From NCBI GenBank assembly GCA_964291495.2, contig OZ219867.1:71365-135364 (forward strand): DNA of 64,000 nt. Direction: 5' to 3'. The stretch's first letter is position 1; the number at the start of each line of letters is the position of its first letter. Below are positions 57,502-64,000 of this stretch, piece by piece. A program made the position numbers and the translations under genes. This DNA comes from Dehalococcoidia bacterium. GTDB lineage: Bacteria > Chloroflexota > Dehalococcoidia > UBA2979. A model generated the notes under the pieces. That model did no database searches. It saw nothing but the letters and a program-made list of their open reading frames with translations, and was not told where the DNA came from.

Positions 57502-58400
57502 AACTCGGCTTCCTGCCGCCGTTCCTGCGCCCGCACATCACCTCGGGCGAGTGGGTCGCGAGCCTCGCAGGGATGCTCGAGGAGCAGGGCGTCGAGTCGG
57601 TCTGGGCCGTCGAGCACGTGATCATCGCCGAGGACTACGAGCCGCTCTACCCCTACTCGGACGACGGTCGCATCCCCGGCGGGCCCAGCCCGGACACGGT
57701 GATGCCGGACCCGCTGGAGTGGCTCTCCTGGGTGGCCGCGAGCAGCAGCACGCTGCGCGTCGGCACCGCCGTGGTCGTCGCCTCGCAGCACAGTGCCGCG
57801 ATCCTCGCGAAGCGCGCGGCGACCCTCGACGCGCTCTCCGGCGGGCGGCTGCTGCTCGGTGTCGGCCTCGGCTGGCAGAAGGAGGAGTACGAGGCGATCG
57901 GCGTGCCCTATCGCGACCGCGGCCGCCGCCTCGACGAGACGATCGAGGCGATGCGCGCGCTCTGGGCGCCCGGCCCCGCGAGCTACGGGGGCCGCCACAT
58001 CGAGTTCGAACGCGTCAACATGGACACCAAGCCGGCCGGGGCCGGGGGCATCCCGATCCACATCGGCGGCAGCAGCGAGTTCGCCGCGCGCCGCGCCGGG
58101 CGGCACGGCGACGGCTTCTTCCCCTTCGTGATCTCGCCCGACGACCTCGCCGTGCGGATCGAGGAGATCGGCGAGGCTGCCCGCGAGGCCGGGCGCGACC
58201 CGGGGGAGATCGAGATCAGCGTCTGGCCGGGAAGCTGGGACGCCTCGCGCACGTTCGACCTCGACCTCGTGCGCAGCTACGTGGAGCTGGGCGCCTCGCG
58301 GCTGATCCTCTCCTCCCGCGAGAGCGGGGCGGGCTCGGACGTCGAGGAGATCCGGGCGGGCATCGATCGCTACCAGCAGGAGATCATCGCGCGCCTCTAG
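57498..58400 (+). CDS. LLM class F420-dependent oxidoreductase
   Basis: SVWAVEHV, YPYS..G, LAKRAATLDALSGGR, GWQKEEY. Confidence 0.9.
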   Translation: MKLGFLPPFLRPHITSGEWVASLAGMLEEQGVESVWAVEHVIIAEDYEPLYPYSDDGRIPGGPSPDTVMPDPLEWLSWVAASSSTLRVGTAVVVASQHSAAILAKRAATLDALSGGRLLLGVGLGWQKEEYEAIGVPYRDRGRRLDETIEAMRALWAPGPASYGGRHIEFERVNMDTKPAGAGGIPIHIGGSSEFAARRAGRHGDGFFPFVISPDDLAVRIEEIGEAAREAGRDPGEIEISVWPGSWDASRTFDLDLVRSYVELGASRLILSSRESGAGSDVEEIRAGIDRYQQEIIARL

Positions 58401-58431
58401 CGCGCGGCGACGAAGCGACGGGACAGGCGGC

Positions 58432-59652
58432 ATGGTCGACTTCTCCGACACACCCGAGCAGGCCGAGTGGCGGCAGGTGGTCGCCCAGTTCGTCGAGGAG
58501 GCATTGCCGGCGAAGCTGCGCGACGACGCGAAGTACGCCGCGCTCGGCGGGCCGGGCTCCTGCCCGGTGTGGCCGGACCCGAAGGAGCACGACCGCGCCG
58601 TCGATGACTTCCGCGACGCGCTGATCGAGCGCGGCTGGGCCGCCCCCGCCTGGCCGAAGCAGTACGGCGGCGCCGACCTGCCGGTGGATCAGCAGTTCAT
58701 CCTCAGCGAGGTGCTCGCCGAGTACCGCGCCCCAAGGGCCGGCGTCCTCGATGTCGGCTCGACGATCATGGTGCACGCCAGCGACGCGCTGAAACAGCGC
58801 TTCCTGCCCGGCTTCGTCGAGGGCAAGGACAAGTGGGCGCAGGGCTACTCCGAGCCGAGCTCGGGCTCCGACCTCGCCTCGCTGCAGACGCGCGCCGACC
58901 GGGACGGCGACGACTTCGTGCTCAACGGGCAGAAGATCTGGACCTCGAACGCGCGCGAGGCGGACTGGATGTTCGGCCTCTTTCGCACGAACGTGGACGC
59001 CCCGAAGCACCGCGGCATCACCTACCTGCTGCTGGAGATGGACACGCCGGGCATCAGCATTCGCCCGCTCGAGCAGATCAACGGCCGCAACGAGTTCAAC
59101 GAGGTCTTCTTCGAGAACGTGCGCGTGCCCGTCGACCAGGCCGTGGGCGAGATCAACCGCGGCTGGTACGTCGGCGCTACGCACCTCGACTTCGAGCGCT
59201 CCTCGATCGGCTCGGCGCTGACGATGCTGCAGACGCTCGGCGACCTGTTCGAGCTGATCGCGGAGGAGAAGGACGAGGCCGCGCCGCGCGTCGACCCGCG
59301 GCGCAGCCCGACGCTGCGGGGCGAGATCGCGGACCGCTGGACCGAGTCGAACGTCGCGCGGCTGTTCTCCTACCGCGTGATCTCGATGCAGCTGCGGGGC
59401 GAGGTGCCCAACTACGAGGCCTCGATGCAGAAGCTGTTCACCGATCAGCTCGTGCAGTCGATCGCGCGGACGGCGATGAAGACGCTCGGCCTCTACGGCC
59501 CGCTCTGGGACGGCGACGACGAGCGCACCGTGCTGCGCGCGAAGTGGTCGCGCGGCTACCTCGGAGCGGTCGCCACGACGATCGGCGGCGGCACCTCCGA
59601 GATTCAGCGCAATATCATCGCCACGCGCGGCCTCGGACTGCCGCGCGGCTAG
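58432..59652 (+). CDS. Acyl-CoA dehydrogenase (FadE26/FadE17-like type)
   Basis: WAQGYSEPSSGSDLASL, LDFER, IGGGTSEIQRNII. Confidence 0.93.
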   Translation: MVDFSDTPEQAEWRQVVAQFVEEALPAKLRDDAKYAALGGPGSCPVWPDPKEHDRAVDDFRDALIERGWAAPAWPKQYGGADLPVDQQFILSEVLAEYRAPRAGVLDVGSTIMVHASDALKQRFLPGFVEGKDKWAQGYSEPSSGSDLASLQTRADRDGDDFVLNGQKIWTSNAREADWMFGLFRTNVDAPKHRGITYLLLEMDTPGISIRPLEQINGRNEFNEVFFENVRVPVDQAVGEINRGWYVGATHLDFERSSIGSALTMLQTLGDLFELIAEEKDEAAPRVDPRRSPTLRGEIADRWTESNVARLFSYRVISMQLRGEVPNYEASMQKLFTDQLVQSIARTAMKTLGLYGPLWDGDDERTVLRAKWSRGYLGAVATTIGGGTSEIQRNIIATRGLGLPRG

Positions 59653-59662
59653 GGAGCGAGTC

Positions 59663-60109
59663 GTGGCGGAGCGTGTACCTCCCGAGTTCGACGACTTCCT
59701 CGCCGAGCCGCACAACGCGATCCTCTGTATCCCGCGCGGCGCCGAGGAGGGCGACGGCCAGGAGGCGCCGCACGCGACGCCGGTCTGGTTCGACTACTCC
59801 GAGGGCCGGTTCCAGGTCTCGATCACGCGCACGCGCGTGAAGTACCGGCTGCTGCAGGACGAGCGGCAGGTCACGCTCGTCATCGACGACGCGCGCACGT
59901 ACCGCACGGTCGTTGTCTCCGGGCAGGCGGAGATCCTCGACGACGACGCCTCGCTGCTCGGGCTGCGCGCGCGCCTCTACGCGAAGTACCGCCGTGACTT
60001 CGGCGATGCGGAGCTCAGCGACGAGGAATTGCTGCGCAACCTCCGCGAGGAGGGCCGCGTGGTGGTCTCGATCACGCCGGAGCAGGTGCTGTCCTGGGCG
60101 GGCGGGTAG
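59663..60109 (+). CDS. PPOX-class (split-barrel) F420/flavin-dependent oxidoreductase
   Basis: PHATPVWF, R.KYRLL.D..VTL, RVVV.ITP. Confidence 0.85.
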   Translation: MAERVPPEFDDFLAEPHNAILCIPRGAEEGDGQEAPHATPVWFDYSEGRFQVSITRTRVKYRLLQDERQVTLVIDDARTYRTVVVSGQAEILDDDASLLGLRARLYAKYRRDFGDAELSDEELLRNLREEGRVVVSITPEQVLSWAGG

Positions 60110-60124
60110 CGCCGCCCGCCGCGC

Positions 60125-61912
<1,788 letters not shown>

Positions 61913-61956
61913 GAGCCGCAGTCCCTTCCGCCGCGGGGAGAGCGTACGCGCCTATA

Positions 61957-61970
61957 AGAACATACGTACG
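61957..61970. promoter_or_regulatory. Candidate LexA (SOS) box upstream of nrdJ
   Basis: AGAACATACGTACG = GAAC-N4-GTAC, one mismatch to GAAC-N4-GTTC. Confidence 0.5.
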
Positions 61971-62090
61971 CCAGAGGCGCAAGCGCTTCACCCGCTGCCT
62001 CGATCGATCGTACCGCGTCGCAGGGGTGTCGTGGGCGTACGGGCGCCTCGCGATGCCGCGGGTGTTTGGCGATGCGACGCGAGGCCGGGT

Positions 62091-62624
62091 TCAGCGCAGC
62101 GAGGGCGCGCTTGCGATGTGGCGCGGAGCCTGCGGCAGCTGCTCGTCGAACAGCGGCGGCTGCGCGGCCGGCGGCATCGCGCTGTACTCCAGCCGCTCGA
62201 GCTCGTCGAACATGTCGTCGAGGGAGACGAACTGACGGTAGGCCGAGGCGAAGCGGATGTAGGCGATCGGGTCGAGGGTGCGAAGGTGCGCGATCGCCAT
62301 CTCGCCGATCACGCGGCTCGGCACCTCGGTCGAATCGGCGGCGGCGATGCGCCGCTCGATGTCCTCGACGACGGCCTCGATGGCGGCGGCTGTGAGATCG
62401 CGTTTGCGGGCAGAGAGGCGGAGGCTGGTGAGCAGCTTGTCGCGCCGGAAGTGCTCGCGGCGTCCGTCACGCTTGCGGACCATGACGCGCATCGCCTCGG
62501 GCTGCTCGTAGGTGCTAAAAAGGGCGCTGCAGTGCTCGCAGCGGCGGCTGCGCCGCACGCCCGTGCCGTTCCGCTGGGACTCGACGACGGTCGTGGAACT
62601 GTGGCCGCAGATCGGGCAGGTCAT
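62091..62624 (-). CDS. nrdR: Transcriptional repressor NrdR
   Basis: CPIC...RRSRRCEHC...FSTYE zinc ribbon, ATP-cone VRKRDGRRE.F...KL, AYIRFASAYRQF; RBS GAGGAG. Confidence 0.93.
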   Translation of the reverse strand: MTCPICGHSSTTVVESQRNGTGVRRSRRCEHCSALFSTYEQPEAMRVMVRKRDGRREHFRRDKLLTSLRLSARKRDLTAAAIEAVVEDIERRIAAADSTEVPSRVIGEMAIAHLRTLDPIAYIRFASAYRQFVSLDDMFDELERLEYSAMPPAAQPPLFDEQLPQAPRHIASAPSLR

Positions 62625-62807
62625 CGATGCTGGCTCCTCGGGGGACGGCGGGAGAATTCCGGGGTCTGGGGAGTACAGCACCGAGAGCGCCGAGGCGACA
62701 ACGGAGGCAGTCCACAGACTGTGGTGAACGTGTCCACTCGCCGCCGGAACGCCGTGCTTACCCCTCGAAGGAGGCGCCAGCCGCCCGCTGGGTGGCGCAG
62801 TATGCGC

Positions 62808-62834
62808 GAGGGACGGCCCATCGGGCCGCCCCTC
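62808..62834 (-). terminator. GC-rich stem-loop downstream of ftsZ
   Basis: Minus strand gaggggcggccc-gat-gggccgtccctc; no clear U-tract. Confidence 0.35.
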
Positions 62835-62906
62835 TTGCCAACGATTCTTTGCGGATTGTGGACAAGTGCGGTCGACAGCAGATCGCGCCGCACCGCCACA
62901 TCCGAT

Positions 62907-64000
62907 CTAGCGCTTCGGGAAGGTCCTCCTCAGGAACGCCGGCAGGTCCGAGTCCGTCAGCGGGTCCGGCAACTGCGAGGCATCGCCCACCGGCTCCGGG
63001 CGCGACGGCGGCTCGATCTCGATTCCGGTCTCGACGAGGCTGGACAGCGACTGACGCATCCCGGAGAAGCCGGTCGCCACGACCGTGATCCGCACCTCGT
63101 CCTCGAGCGCCTCGTCGATCGCGGCGCCGAAGATGATCTCCGCCTCCGGGTCGACAACCTCGGCGATGGTGCGGGCGGCGGTGTTCAACTCCTGCAGCGA
63201 GAGGTCGGCGGGGCCGGTGACGTTGAAGATCACGCCGGTCGCACCCGTGATGTCGACCTCCAGCAGCGGGCTGGCGATCGCGCGGCGCGCGGCCTCGACC
63301 GCGCGCTGCTCGCCCTGACCGGACCCGATCGCCATCAGGCAGGGCCGGCCTCCGACATGATCCGGCGCACGTCCGCGAAGTCGAGGTTCACGATGCCAGG
63401 CACGGTGATCAGCTGGCTGATGCCCTCGATGCCCTGACGCAGCACGTCGTCCGCCTTGCGGAACGCCTCCGTCATCGCCACGGCCTCATCGCAGATCTGC
63501 TGCAGGCGGTCGTTCGGGATCACGATCAGCGTGTCGACCTTGTCCTGGAGGTCGCGCACGCCCTCCTCGGCCTGCTGACGCCGCTTCGAGCCCTCGAAGG
63601 CGAAGGGCTTGGGGACGACGCCGATGGTGAGCGCGCCCAGCTCGCGTGCCGCCTCGGCGACGATCGGGGCCGCCCCGGTGCCGGTGCCCCCTCCGAGACA
63701 GGCCGTCACGAACACCATCTCCGCGCCCTGCAGCGCCTCGATGATCGACTCGCGCGACTCCTCGGCGGCGCGGTGGCCGCGCAGCGGGTCGGAGCCCGCA
63801 CCGAGGCCCTTCGTGACGCGGTCGCCGAGGCGAACCTTGAGCTCGGCCTCGCAGCTCTCGAGGGCTTGCAGGTCCGTGTTCAGCGCCACGTACTGCACGC
63901 CGGGCAGGCGTTCCGGGATCATCCGGTTGACGGCGTTCGAGCCGCCTCCTCCGACTCCGACGACCTTGATCGGCGGGAGCGTGTCGTAGTTCCTCTGCAT
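62907..64000 (-). CDS. ftsZ: Cell division protein FtsZ (1-base frameshift at about 63338; start at window edge)
   Basis: [37 protein letters not shown], conserved tail DLPAFLRR; split into ORFs 63335-64000 and 62907-63335. Confidence 0.95.

Noticed and set aside
61913-62090. Cobalamin riboswitch upstream of nrdJ
   Set aside because: No B12-box or other conserved core recognisable in the short intergenic region

Overview
Gene-dense, very GC-rich bacterial chromosomal window with about 65 CDS. I found no rRNA, tRNA, CRISPR array, integrase or transposase. Several features suggest a Chloroflexota (Dehalococcoidia/SAR202-like) genome, though this is inference: expanded class III CoA-transferases, LLM/F420 oxidoreductases, SDRs, crotonases and acyl-CoA dehydrogenases, a Tat-lipoprotein family-5 binding protein, and the ftsZ-nrdR-nrdJ order. 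Most of the window is a patchwork of acyl-CoA/flavin catabolic paralogs between pepN (left) and nrdJ-nrdR-ftsZ (right). The most notable observations are: (1) a Pro/Thr-repeat lipoprotein gene bracketed by a 52-bp direct repeat of the upstream gene's 3' end, with no integrase, next to a DEDDh-TerB-BRCT nuclease; (2) an unannotated pair of small helical proteins built on a 44-aa internal repeat, with a TTGACA promoter, an inverted-repeat operator and a 5'UTR hairpin; (3) tandem ADH and SDR duplications that diverge mainly at likely substrate-contact loops; (4) a split Meh/Ich-type hydratase with a non-canonical thiolase and a DUF35 protein among seven CoA-transferases; (5) a structured candidate riboswitch leader before the binding protein; (6) a LexA-like box before nrdJ; (7) two single-base frameshifts (ftsZ and a radical SAM gene) that are probably sequencing errors. 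All product calls come from motif recognition by eye; no database searches were run.
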